Shown: positions 36,850 through 45,613 of the stretch, piece after piece
Layout: each line of letters begins with the position of its first letter
How positions within the stretch are numbered: position 1 is the first letter of the stretch
Assembly: GCA_963793785.1 (NCBI GenBank)
Contig: CAWCBH010000005.1
Location: 8,081 to 72,080, forward strand
DNA from: an uncultured Actinomycetes bacterium
GTDB taxonomy: Bacteria; Actinomycetota; Thermoleophilia; Solirubrobacterales; 70-9
Direction of reading: 5' to 3'
DNA length: 64,000 nt
Translations under genes and position numbers: made by a program
Notes under the pieces: generated by a model
Seen by the model: only the letters and a program-made list of their open reading frames with translations
What the model was told of the DNA's origin: nothing
Database searches by the model: none

Positions 36850-38274
36850 GTGGCGCACGTGCCGGTCGACGCCCAGGTCGAGCCCGGCTCCTTTCGTGAC
36901 CGCGACAGCCGCGTGGTCGTCGCGGACGGAGCCGTCTATCGCGTACTCAGCGAGCGAGGAGCCGAGGATTGGCGCGCGCTCTCGGAGTCGCCGCTGTTCG
37001 AGCGGCTGATCGCCGACGGCTCGCTCGTCGCCACCGAGGAAGCCTCCCCGGCCGAGCTCGGTCCGGCCGCCGCAGAGCTACTGCCCGGGGGCGTAGCGGC
37101 GGCGCTCCGGCACGAGCGGATTCCCTTCGTCTCCTATCCGTATGAATGGACCTTCGGCATGCTCCGCGACGCGGCGCTGCTGCAGCTCGACCTGCAGCTG
37201 GCGGCGCTCGAGGCGGACCTGACGCTCAAGGACGCCACCCCTTACAACGTCCAGTTCTGCGGCTCGCGGCCGGTCTTCATCGACGTCGGCTCGTTCGAGC
37301 GCCTGCGCGCGGGCGAGCCCTGGGCCGGCTACCGGCAGTTCTGCATGCTCTACCTCTATCCGCTGCTCTTGCAGGCCTACCGAGACGTTGCCTTCCAGCC
37401 CTGGCTCCGCGGTTCGACGGAGGGGATCAGCCCGCGGCGTGCGGCGCGGCTGCTGGGGCCGGGCAACCGCCTCCGCCGCGGCGTCCTCAGCCACGTCGTC
37501 CTGCACGCTCGGATGGAGCGCCGTTACGAGGAGCGCGAAGGTGGTGAGGTCAAGGCGGAGCTGCGCAAGGCCAACTTCAAGCCGGAGCTGATCGCCGCCA
37601 ACGTGCGGCGGTTGCGAAAGCTCGTCGCCGGGCTCGGCTGGAAGGCGGGTGACACCGCCTGGACCGGCTACCGGGAGCAGAACACCTACACCGACGAGGA
37701 CGCGAGGATCAAGGCCGAGTTCGTACGCGAGGCCGCCGCCGGCGCCGAGGCGGATCTGGTCTGGGACATCGGCTGCAACGACGGCGCCTACTCGCGAATC
37801 GCCGCCGAGCACGCCCGCGGGGTCGTCGCATTCGACTCCGACCAGGCGACCGTCGAAGCCCTCTATCGCTCGCTGCGCTCCGACGACGAGCGCCGAATCC
37901 TGCCCCTGGTCGTCGATCTTGCCGATCCCTCGCCAGGGCTGGGGTGGCGTGGACGGGAGCGCCTCCCGCTCGAGGCTCGCGGCCGGCCCGGCCTGACCCT
38001 TGCGCTGGCCGTCATCCATCACGTCTCGATCACCGCCAACGTCCCCGTCGGCGAATTCCTCTCCTGGCTGCGGGAGCTCAACTCGGCGCTGGTGATCGAG
38101 TTCCCCAAGCGCGAGGACCCGATGGTGCGGCGACTCCTCTCCGGCAAGCGCGAGGGCTCCAATGCCGACTACCTGCTGGAGACCTTCGAGGCCGAGCTGG
38201 CGGCGCGCTTTCAGATCCAGAGGTCGCAGCCGCTGCCGTCCGGCACCCGGGTCCTCTACCTCGCGCGACCCTGA
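36850..38274 (+). CDS. SAM-dependent methyltransferase-like protein (YPYEW-motif family)
   Basis: GSFRDRDSRVVVADGAVYRVL...IPFVSYPYEWTFGMLRDAALLQLDL...LKDATPYNVQF...PVFIDVGSFE in the N-terminal domain. The C-terminal Rossmann part has VWDIGCNDGAYSRI...VVAFDSD...LALAVIHH. Confidence 0.7.
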   Translation: MAHVPVDAQVEPGSFRDRDSRVVVADGAVYRVLSERGAEDWRALSESPLFERLIADGSLVATEEASPAELGPAAAELLPGGVAAALRHERIPFVSYPYEWTFGMLRDAALLQLDLQLAALEADLTLKDATPYNVQFCGSRPVFIDVGSFERLRAGEPWAGYRQFCMLYLYPLLLQAYRDVAFQPWLRGSTEGISPRRAARLLGPGNRLRRGVLSHVVLHARMERRYEEREGGEVKAELRKANFKPELIAANVRRLRKLVAGLGWKAGDTAWTGYREQNTYTDEDARIKAEFVREAAAGAEADLVWDIGCNDGAYSRIAAEHARGVVAFDSDQATVEALYRSLRSDDERRILPLVVDLADPSPGLGWRGRERLPLEARGRPGLTLALAVIHHVSITANVPVGEFLSWLRELNSALVIEFPKREDPMVRRLLSGKREGSNADYLLETFEAELAARFQIQRSQPLPSGTRVLYLARP

Positions 38275-38285
38275 TCGAGGCGAAC

Positions 38286-40373
38286 GTGAGCCGGATCGGT
38301 GAGAGCTGGACTGGGGACCGCCGCCGCGAGCTGCTGATCGGCGGTGCGCATCTGGGGGCGCTGTGGGCGTTCGCCTTCGCGCAGCCGCTTCTCGACCTGC
38401 TCGGCAAGAACCCGGACTTCTTCGTCGCCCGCTCCAATACCCCCGCCGACATCGTCATATTCGCGCTCGCCTTCACCCTGCTGCCGCCGCTGGCGATGCT
38501 GGCGGTCGAAGCCGTCGTCGCCGCGTTCAGCCACCGCGCCTACTCGATGTTGCATCTGGCGCTGGTCGCCCTGCTGGCGGCGGTCTTCTTCGTCCAAGTC
38601 GAGAAGCGGATCTTCACCAGCCCGGCGGCGCTGATGATCGTCATCGCCCTGGCGCTCGGCGCCGGCGTCGCCTACTTGCTGCTTCGGGAGCGTTTCGTGC
38701 GCAGCCTGCTCGACGTCCTGGCGGTGGCGCCGATCGTCTTCCTGGCGATCTTCATCTTCTTCAGCGAGACCTCGAAGCTGATCTTCCCCGACAGCGAGGC
38801 CAGCGCGCTCGGGACTGAGGTCCCCTCGGCGACCCCGGTCGTGATGGTGATCTTCGACGAGCTGCCGACCGCGACCCTGCTCGACCCCGAGCGGCCGGAA
38901 CGGATCGATCCTTCGCGCTTTCCCAACTTCGCGGCCCTGGCCCGGCAGTCGACCTGGTATCCGAACAACACCACCGTCGCCGACTTCACCGGCCGGGCGG
39001 TCCCGGCGGTGATGACGGGCAACAACCCCAGCGGCAGCACGCTGCCGATCGCCGCCGAGCAGCCGAACAGCATCTTCAGCCTCCTCGGCGGCGCCTACCG
39101 GCTCCACGTCAGCGAGGTGGTGACCCAGATCTGCGCCGAGGAGCTCTGCGGGGAGGTGCAACGCCCGAGCGCCACGAGCAGGCTCCGCAGCCTCGTCTCG
39201 GATCTCAAGTACGTGGAGGGGAGGATCATCCTGCCTCCGTCGCTGGCCAACGACTTGCCGAACGTAAGCACCACCTTCGGGGACTTCGGCAACAACGCCG
39301 ACCCCGGCGACAAGGGAGCCGGTCGCTTCGCGCAGGATCTCTTCACCCCACCCAGCCCGGAGGAGTTCGAGGAGTTCCTGCGTGAGATCCCGGCCAGCGA
39401 CCGCACCCTGAGCCTGATTCACATGGAGCTCCCGCACGAGCCGTGGCGTTTTTTGCCCAGCGGTCAGGCATACATGGACACCGGCGTCTCGAACCTCAAT
39501 ACCGACAGCGCCGCTCGCTGGGCGGTCGGCTCGGCGGGGATCGCCAGCGCCCAGCAGCGACACTTCCTGCAGACCGGCTACGCGGACCGGCTGATCGGCC
39601 TGATGATCGAGCGACTGAAGCGGACGGGGATCTGGGATCGGGCGATGGTCGTGGTCACCGCCGATCACGGAATCTCCTTCCAGGGCAAGGCGATCTACCG
39701 TCGCATCGCCCAGAAGGAGAACCTCGGTGGAGTCGCAAACCCACCGCTGTTCATCAAGTACCCGGGCCAGCGGCGCGGCAAGGTCTCGACGGTCCTGACC
39801 CAGACTGTCGACATCGTGCCGACGATCGTCCGCCGGCTGGGCATCACCGACGCCTACAAGATGCAGGGTCGCCCGATCTCCGAGGCGCCTCGCGAGGCCG
39901 TCGTCGCGGTGAACAACGCCCAGGGGGAGGTGGTGCGGCTGCCGCTCTCACAGATGATCAGCCAACGGCTCACCGCCAGCGGCCAGGCCGGCTTCCGGCT
40001 CGGCAGCGGCGGCCTCTTCGGCCTCGGTCCCGCCCCGGAGCTGCTCGGGCGCCCGGCGCCACCGCTCTCCTCCGGGATCCCGACCGGGTTCGCGGCCACC
40101 CTGGAGCATGTCTCCGACCTCGAGGAGGTGGATCCCGAGGCCGAAGAGGTCCCGGCCTTCATCGCCGGCGAGCTGGAAGGCCCGCAGCCGGGGAGCCTGA
40201 TCGCGATCACGGTTCGCGGCAGGGTGGCGGCGACGGCCCGCGCCTTCCTCGACGGCGGCACGCTCAGCTACGGGGCAGTCGTTCCGCCCGGGCTGCTGAG
40301 GCCGGGGCGCAACCCGATCGGCATCTATCTCGCCGAGCCGGGCGCGGCCCTGGTCCCTCTCGGCGGCAACTGA
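38286..40373 (+). CDS. membrane-anchored sulfatase-like (alkaline-phosphatase superfamily, LTA-synthase/phosphotransferase-like) protein
   Basis: GTG 38286. About five N-terminal TM helices, then PVVMVIFDELP...NTTVADFTGRAVPAVMTG...IHMELPHEPW...VVVTADHGISF, which are the metal/nucleophile and H-x motifs of the superfamily. Confidence 0.75.
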   Translation: MSRIGESWTGDRRRELLIGGAHLGALWAFAFAQPLLDLLGKNPDFFVARSNTPADIVIFALAFTLLPPLAMLAVEAVVAAFSHRAYSMLHLALVALLAAVFFVQVEKRIFTSPAALMIVIALALGAGVAYLLLRERFVRSLLDVLAVAPIVFLAIFIFFSETSKLIFPDSEASALGTEVPSATPVVMVIFDELPTATLLDPERPERIDPSRFPNFAALARQSTWYPNNTTVADFTGRAVPAVMTGNNPSGSTLPIAAEQPNSIFSLLGGAYRLHVSEVVTQICAEELCGEVQRPSATSRLRSLVSDLKYVEGRIILPPSLANDLPNVSTTFGDFGNNADPGDKGAGRFAQDLFTPPSPEEFEEFLREIPASDRTLSLIHMELPHEPWRFLPSGQAYMDTGVSNLNTDSAARWAVGSAGIASAQQRHFLQTGYADRLIGLMIERLKRTGIWDRAMVVVTADHGISFQGKAIYRRIAQKENLGGVANPPLFIKYPGQRRGKVSTVLTQTVDIVPTIVRRLGITDAYKMQGRPISEAPREAVVAVNNAQGEVVRLPLSQMISQRLTASGQAGFRLGSGGLFGLGPAPELLGRPAPPLSSGIPTGFAATLEHVSDLEEVDPEAEEVPAFIAGELEGPQPGSLIAITVRGRVAATARAFLDGGTLSYGAVVPPGLLRPGRNPIGIYLAEPGAALVPLGGN

Positions 40374-40391
40374 CACCGCCACCGCCCCGCT

Positions 40392-42101
40392 TCAGGGACG
40401 GATCGGCTCTCCAGGTCTCGGCGGCAGGCCCGGTCTCGGCAGGGGCTTGGTCGTGAAGCGGCAGTCGCGTCCGACGCATCCCTCGAGGCGCTGGATCTGC
40501 CGCCGCAGGAACGCCTGCACGCGGTCGAAGCGGGGGTTCGTGACCCGGTTGTTGAGCTCCTCCGGATCCTTGACCACGTCGTAGAGCTCGCGGTCGCCGG
40601 TCTCGTACTCGACGTACATGTAGGGCCCGAGGCGCACGCCGAGGTAGTTCTCGACCGGGGCTGCGATCGAGGCCGAGGCGCCGCCACGGCGAGGCACGCG
40701 GTCGGGAACGCCGTCGCCGTCCACGTCGGTCGCGTTGATGAACGACTCGAGCAGGATCGGGCGCCGGCTGCGCAGCGAGTTGTCGCGCCAGTAGCGGACC
40801 AGGGACCGCCCGTCGACTCGGCGGGAGGCCCGCCCCGATGCCAGCTCCAGGATCGTCGGCGCGATGTCGATGTTCGCGACCAGCTCAGCCGATCGCGAAA
40901 GGGCCTGGATTCCGGGGCCGCGAATCAGCAGCGGCATGTGGATCGCCGGCTCATAGGGCAGGAACTTCGAGCGCTCGAGGCGATGCTCTCCGAAGAAGAA
41001 GCCGTTGTCGGAGAGGAAGAGCACATAGGTGTTCGACAGTTCGCCGCTGCGGCGCAGCGCGTCGAGCACTTCTCCCACTCCCTCGTCGACGGTGCGCAGC
41101 GACTCGAGGCTCTTCTGGTACTCGATCCTGATCCGGCGGATGGCGATCTGGTCGAGGTAGTTGGCGTCGTCGCGGATGAAGCTCGGCTTGTCGGAGACGT
41201 TGCCTTCGTTGAAGCTCGGCGGCTTCGGGAGCGGAGTGTCGACCGCGGAGTCGTAGTGGCGGGCGGCCGGCTCGGGCCCGATCGGAGGCCGCGGGTCACC
41301 GTGCGGGGCGTTGTAGTCGAGCTGTAGGTAGAAGGGCCGTCCCGGCGCCGAGCCCTCGATCTGCTGCACCGCCCGAGTCGTCATCGAGTCCAGCGAGTGG
41401 TTGCAGGAGCCCACCAGCGGCGGTGTGTCCGGGCAGCCCGGATCGTCCTTGCCGTTGGTCTGGTCGTAGTTGCGGTCCCCGAACGGTCCTTCCAGGCGGC
41501 CGTCGACGTTGAGCATGTAGCCGTAGAAGAGGCGAGCGGAGTTGTCGCTCGCCGCCGTCTGCCAGCTGTCCCAGCCCGGCGGCACCTCGCTCTCGGGGTC
41601 GTCCTTGGTCGCACCGCCGTAGTTGTTGATGAACTTGCCGACGTGGATCGTGCGGTAGCCCGCGGTCTGCAGCCAGACGCCGAGGTTGTGCTCGTAGATC
41701 GCCTTCTCCTGGTAGCCCGGCCAGCCGCCGCGGGGGGCGTCGTTGGAGATAACCCCGTGGCTGTGGGCATAGCGGCCGCTCAACAGCGTCGCCCGCGAGG
41801 GGCAGCAGAGCGGGTAGGACGCGTAGTAGCGGTTGAAGGTCACCCCGGTCTTCTTGATCAGATCGAGGGTGTTCGGCATCACCCGGGCTTTCACGCCAAG
41901 GGGGGTGATCCAGGTCGCATAGAGCTGGCGCAGCGTCTGATCGTCGGTCTGGATCACGACGATGTTCGGCCGCGGCGTGGCGTCGGCGGGGGTCGGGCCG
42001 CGCGTCGCGAGCAGAGCCAGGAAGCCGGCCAGCGCCACCACGGCAGCGAAGGCCAGGCGCCAAGGGCGCGACGGATTGCTTTTCGCTCGCTCTACGACCA
42101 T
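40392..42101 (-). CDS. secreted formylglycine-dependent sulfatase
   Basis: Signal/TM segment WRLAFAAVVALAGFLALLA, then PNIVVIQTDDQ and the sulfatase signature PLCCPSRATLLSGRYAHSHG. Further motifs: HVGKF, LSDNGFFFGEH. Confidence 0.9.
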   Translation of the reverse strand: MVVERAKSNPSRPWRLAFAAVVALAGFLALLATRGPTPADATPRPNIVVIQTDDQTLRQLYATWITPLGVKARVMPNTLDLIKKTGVTFNRYYASYPLCCPSRATLLSGRYAHSHGVISNDAPRGGWPGYQEKAIYEHNLGVWLQTAGYRTIHVGKFINNYGGATKDDPESEVPPGWDSWQTAASDNSARLFYGYMLNVDGRLEGPFGDRNYDQTNGKDDPGCPDTPPLVGSCNHSLDSMTTRAVQQIEGSAPGRPFYLQLDYNAPHGDPRPPIGPEPAARHYDSAVDTPLPKPPSFNEGNVSDKPSFIRDDANYLDQIAIRRIRIEYQKSLESLRTVDEGVGEVLDALRRSGELSNTYVLFLSDNGFFFGEHRLERSKFLPYEPAIHMPLLIRGPGIQALSRSAELVANIDIAPTILELASGRASRRVDGRSLVRYWRDNSLRSRRPILLESFINATDVDGDGVPDRVPRRGGASASIAAPVENYLGVRLGPYMYVEYETGDRELYDVVKDPEELNNRVTNPRFDRVQAFLRRQIQRLEGCVGRDCRFTTKPLPRPGLPPRPGEPIRP

Positions 42102-42142
42102 CGAAAACGCCTGCTCGACGCCTGCCTAAGATTGCGCGTCCC

Positions 42143-42646
42143 GTGCCTGCCAACCAGCAACCAGGAAGCGGAGCCGAAGTTGCGAGGGTACCGATCAGAG
42201 TTGCCGTCCCGGCCGATGCGGCGGCGGTCTCGCGCCTGATCGCCGGCTTCCGCGACTACTACGGCGAGGCCGAGCCGGCGGATGCGACCATCGAGGCGGT
42301 CGTCGAGACCCTGCTCGCGGACCCCGGCACCGAGTTCCTGCTTGCCGGCGATCCGCCACGCGCGGTCGCGCAGCTGCGCTTTCGGCCCTCGGTCTGGACC
42401 GGCGCCGACGACGCCTGGCTGGAGGATCTCTTCGTCGAGCCGGACGAGCGGGGTGCCGGCCTCGGCCGCGGCCTGGCCGAGGCCTGCGTAGAGCGGGCGC
42501 GCGACCGCGGCTGCAAGCGGATCCAGCTCGACGCCAACGAGCGCAACGAGGCGGCGATCTCCCTCTATGAGTCGCTTGGCTTTCGATCCGAGTCGCCGGG
42601 CCGCTGGGACGGCGCCCGCAACCTCTACTTCACGAAGCGGCTCTAG
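42143..42646 (+). CDS. GNAT family N-acetyltransferase
   Basis: WLEDLFVEPDERGAGLGRGLAEACVERARDRGCKRIQLDANERNEAAISLYESLGF is the acetyl-CoA binding motif A/B. The exact start is uncertain (GTG 42143). Confidence 0.8.
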   Translation: MPANQQPGSGAEVARVPIRVAVPADAAAVSRLIAGFRDYYGEAEPADATIEAVVETLLADPGTEFLLAGDPPRAVAQLRFRPSVWTGADDAWLEDLFVEPDERGAGLGRGLAEACVERARDRGCKRIQLDANERNEAAISLYESLGFRSESPGRWDGARNLYFTKRL

Positions 42647-42651
42647 CGGCT

Positions 42652-43353
42652 CTAGCTCTTGGCGCCGAGCTTTGCGGCGGCGGCGCGGAAGTTCTTCACC
42701 ACGACGCTGGGGGCCTTGCGGCCGTCGAGCTTCTCGCCGTGGCGGTTGACCCAGATCACCGGCACGTTCATCTTCAGCAGCGGGGCGACGTCGTTCTCAT
42801 AGTCGGAGCCGATGTGGACCCAGCCCTTCTTGCCGCCGATCCGCCGCGCGCACTCCTTGAAGTGGGTCGGGTCGGGCTTGTAGCTGCGCACTTGCTGCGC
42901 GGTGACGACGAGATCGAGGTCGGTGCGCAGATGGCGGCGGGAGATGCCCAGCAGCTTGTCGTCGATGTTGGAGATGATCCCGACGTCGTAGCGCTTGCCG
43001 AGCCGGTCCATCGCCGCGTTGGCCTCCCGAAACGGCAGCCAATAGGCGACGCTGTCGGGTAGGAACTGGGCTCGCGAGGGCTCGATCTCCCAGCCCAGCT
43101 CGCCCGCGACCTTGACGATCGTGCGCCGCAGCACCTCCGCGTAGAGCTCATACGAGCCGGCCATGATCTCCGCCTGCACCTCCAGGAAGCGCCCCATCAG
43201 CGCCTTCTCATCGAAGCTGAAGCCGTCCTTCTCGGCTTCCTTGCGGCAGGCGTCGATGATCCCCTTTTCCCAATCGATCAGGGTCCCGTAGCAGTCGGTA
43301 GTCACCCAGGTGATGGTTTTCAGGGCTGGAAGCGCCATGAGAGCGGCGGGCAT
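42652..43353 (-). CDS. HAD-superfamily hydrolase (haloacid dehalogenase type II-like)
   Basis: WVTTDCYGTLIDWE (DxYGT motif I), ISNID (motif II), SYKPDPTHF (motif III Lys) and HIGSDYENDV (motif IV). An alternative start lies at ATG 43338. Confidence 0.8.
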   Translation of the reverse strand: MPAALMALPALKTITWVTTDCYGTLIDWEKGIIDACRKEAEKDGFSFDEKALMGRFLEVQAEIMAGSYELYAEVLRRTIVKVAGELGWEIEPSRAQFLPDSVAYWLPFREANAAMDRLGKRYDVGIISNIDDKLLGISRRHLRTDLDLVVTAQQVRSYKPDPTHFKECARRIGGKKGWVHIGSDYENDVAPLLKMNVPVIWVNRHGEKLDGRKAPSVVVKNFRAAAAKLGAKS

Positions 43354-43404
43354 TATGACCTAACGCCCCGGTCTGCGGGCGGCGGTATACGCTCCCGCCG
43401 CCGC

Positions 43405-44571
43405 ATGGACCTGCTCGAGTACCAGGGAAAGCAGCTCTTCGCCAAGCACGGCGTGGCGGTTCCCGGCGGCGAGGTGGCTGCGACGGCCGACGAAGCGGTC
43501 GCCGCGGCCGAGAAGGTCGGCTACCCATGCGCGGTCAAGGCGCAGGTGCTGATCGGCGGTCGCGGCAAGGCCGGCGGCATCAAGATCGCCCAGGACGGCG
43601 GCGAGGCACGCGACCACGCCGAGGCGATTCTCGGGATGGACATCCGCGGGCCCCGCGGCGAGGGCCCGTTCAAGGTCCACCAGGTCTGGATCGAGGCCGG
43701 CTCCGACATCGCCGCCGAGTACTACGCGTCGGTGATCCTCGACCGCGGCGAGAAGAAGCTGCTGGCGATGGTCTCCGCCAAGGGGGGGATGGACATCGAG
43801 GCCGTCGCCGAGGACGACCCGGCCGCGCTCGTCAAGCGCCATATCGATCCCTCGCGCGATTTCGACGCCTCGGCCGCCCGGCCGATCGTCGACGACGCGG
43901 GCCTCGACGAGGACATCCGCGACGAGGCTGCCGAGGTGCTTGCTCGCCTCGCCGAGGTCGCCCTCTCCGAGGACGCGACGCTGATCGAGGTCAACCCGCT
44001 GATCGTCACTGCCGATCGCAAGGTCGTGGCGCTCGACGCCAAGGTGACGATCGACGGCAACGCGCTGTTTCGCCACGAGGACCTGGCCGGAATTGCAGAT
44101 ACGGCGGCCGAGGATCCCCAGGAGGCGATGGCGAAGGAGAAGGGCCTCACCTACGTCAAGCTCGACGGCAACGTCGGCATCCTCGGCAACGGGGCCGGGC
44201 TCTGCATGTCGACCCTCGACGTCGTCGCCCAGGCGGGCGGCGACCCGGCGAACTTCCTCGACGCCGGCGGTGGCTCCAAGGCGGAGGCGATCGTCGACGC
44301 GCTGCAGGTGATCACCTCCGATCCCAAGGTGACTGCCGTTCTCTTCAACATCTTCGGCGGCATCACCCGCTGCGACGAGGTGGCGAAGGGAATCATCGAG
44401 GCCTCGAAGCAGATCGACCTCAAGGTGCCGTTGGTCGTCCGCCTCGACGGGACCAACTCCGAGGAGGGCCTGCGGCTGCTCGAGGAAGCCGACATCGACG
44501 GGTTGGAGGTCGAGTCGACGATGCTCGGGGCCGCCAAGCGTGTGGTCGAGCTGGCGGGTGGTGGCTCGTGA
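43405..44571 (+). CDS. sucC: succinyl-CoA synthetase beta subunit
   Basis: MDLLEYQGKQLFAKHGV...VKAQVLIGGRGKAGGIK...NPL...NVGILGNGAGLCMSTLD...ANFLDAGGG...NIFGGITRCDEVA. Confidence 0.95.
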   Translation: MDLLEYQGKQLFAKHGVAVPGGEVAATADEAVAAAEKVGYPCAVKAQVLIGGRGKAGGIKIAQDGGEARDHAEAILGMDIRGPRGEGPFKVHQVWIEAGSDIAAEYYASVILDRGEKKLLAMVSAKGGMDIEAVAEDDPAALVKRHIDPSRDFDASAARPIVDDAGLDEDIRDEAAEVLARLAEVALSEDATLIEVNPLIVTADRKVVALDAKVTIDGNALFRHEDLAGIADTAAEDPQEAMAKEKGLTYVKLDGNVGILGNGAGLCMSTLDVVAQAGGDPANFLDAGGGSKAEAIVDALQVITSDPKVTAVLFNIFGGITRCDEVAKGIIEASKQIDLKVPLVVRLDGTNSEEGLRLLEEADIDGLEVESTMLGAAKRVVELAGGGS

Positions 44572-45440
44572 GCATCATCGTCGGCGATGAGACGAAGCTC
44601 GTCGTCTCCGGGCTGACCGGGCGCGAGGGCTCCTTCCACGGGCTCCGCAACCGCGACTACGGGACCGACCTTGTGGCCGGGGTGACCCCGAAGAAGGGTG
44701 GCCAGGACGTCGACGGCGTGCCGATCTTCGACACCATCGCCGAGGCCGTGACCGAGCGCGGCGCCAACACGTCGATGATCTTCGTCCCCGCCCGCTTCGC
44801 GGCCGCCGCGATCGACGAGGCGATCGAGGCCGGCGTCGCCACGGTGATCGCGATCACCGAGGGGATCCCGGTGCTCGACATGCTGCGGACCTATTGGAAG
44901 GCGCGCGATGCGGGCGTGCGGCTGATCGGCCCGAATTGCCCCGGCGTGCTCTCGCCGGGCAAGGCCAACGTGGGGATCATCCCCGCCCAGTTCTTCGACC
45001 CGGGAAAGATCGGCGTCGTCTCCAAGTCCGGCACCCTGACCTACCAGATCGGCAACGAGCTCAAGCAGGCTGGCGAGGGCAACTCCTCGATCGTCGGCAT
45101 CGGCGGCGACCCGATCGTCGGCTCCGACTTCATCGACGTCCTCACCCTCTACGAGGCCGACGACGAGACCGAGTTGATCGTGATGGTCGGGGAGATCGGC
45201 GGCGACGCCGAGGAACGGGCGGCCGAGTTCATCGCAGAGAAGGTCTCCAAGCCGGTGGTCGCCTACATCGCCGGCTTCACCGCCCCGCCCGGCAAGCAGA
45301 TGGGCCACGCCGGCGCGATCATCTCCGGCTCCTCGGGGACCGCGCAGGCAAAGAAGGACGCGCTCGAGGCGAAGGGCGTGCGGGTCGGCGAGAGCCCGAC
45401 CGAGGCCGCGAAGATCGCGGTCGAGACCCTGCGCGGCTAG
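44568..45440 (+). CDS. sucD: succinyl-CoA synthetase alpha subunit
   Basis: GTGA overlap with sucC. SGLTGREGSFH...VAGVTPKKGG...IFVPARFAAAAIDEAIEAG...ITEGIPVLDM...IGPNCPGVLSPG...VSKSGTLTY...GIGGDP...MGHAGAII (catalytic His). Confidence 0.95.
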   Translation: MSIIVGDETKLVVSGLTGREGSFHGLRNRDYGTDLVAGVTPKKGGQDVDGVPIFDTIAEAVTERGANTSMIFVPARFAAAAIDEAIEAGVATVIAITEGIPVLDMLRTYWKARDAGVRLIGPNCPGVLSPGKANVGIIPAQFFDPGKIGVVSKSGTLTYQIGNELKQAGEGNSSIVGIGGDPIVGSDFIDVLTLYEADDETELIVMVGEIGGDAEERAAEFIAEKVSKPVVAYIAGFTAPPGKQMGHAGAIISGSSGTAQAKKDALEAKGVRVGESPTEAAKIAVETLRG

Positions 45441-45448
45441 GCCCGGAC

Positions 45449-45546
45449 GCCGGAACCGGTCAACCCGCCGAACGTCCCGAGGACTCGCTTCGGGGGGGCC
45501 GGGGGAGTGCCGGACACCGGTTGCGAACCCGCCGAACGTCGCGGAG
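45449..45546. repeat. imperfect ~35-nt direct repeat in the sucD/aminotransferase spacer
   Basis: GCCGGAACCGGTCAACCCGCCGAACGTCCCGAGG (from 45449) versus GCCGGACACCGGTTGCGAACCCGCCGAACGTCGCGGAG (from 45509). The core AACCCGCCGAACGTC is identical at 45462-76 and 45526-40. Confidence 0.5.
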
Positions 45547-45613
45547 TTACCGCTATCGTGCCAAGGCGGGGTGGCGAAGGTGACGACTCTGAACCGTTGC
45601 TACGCTCGCCGCG

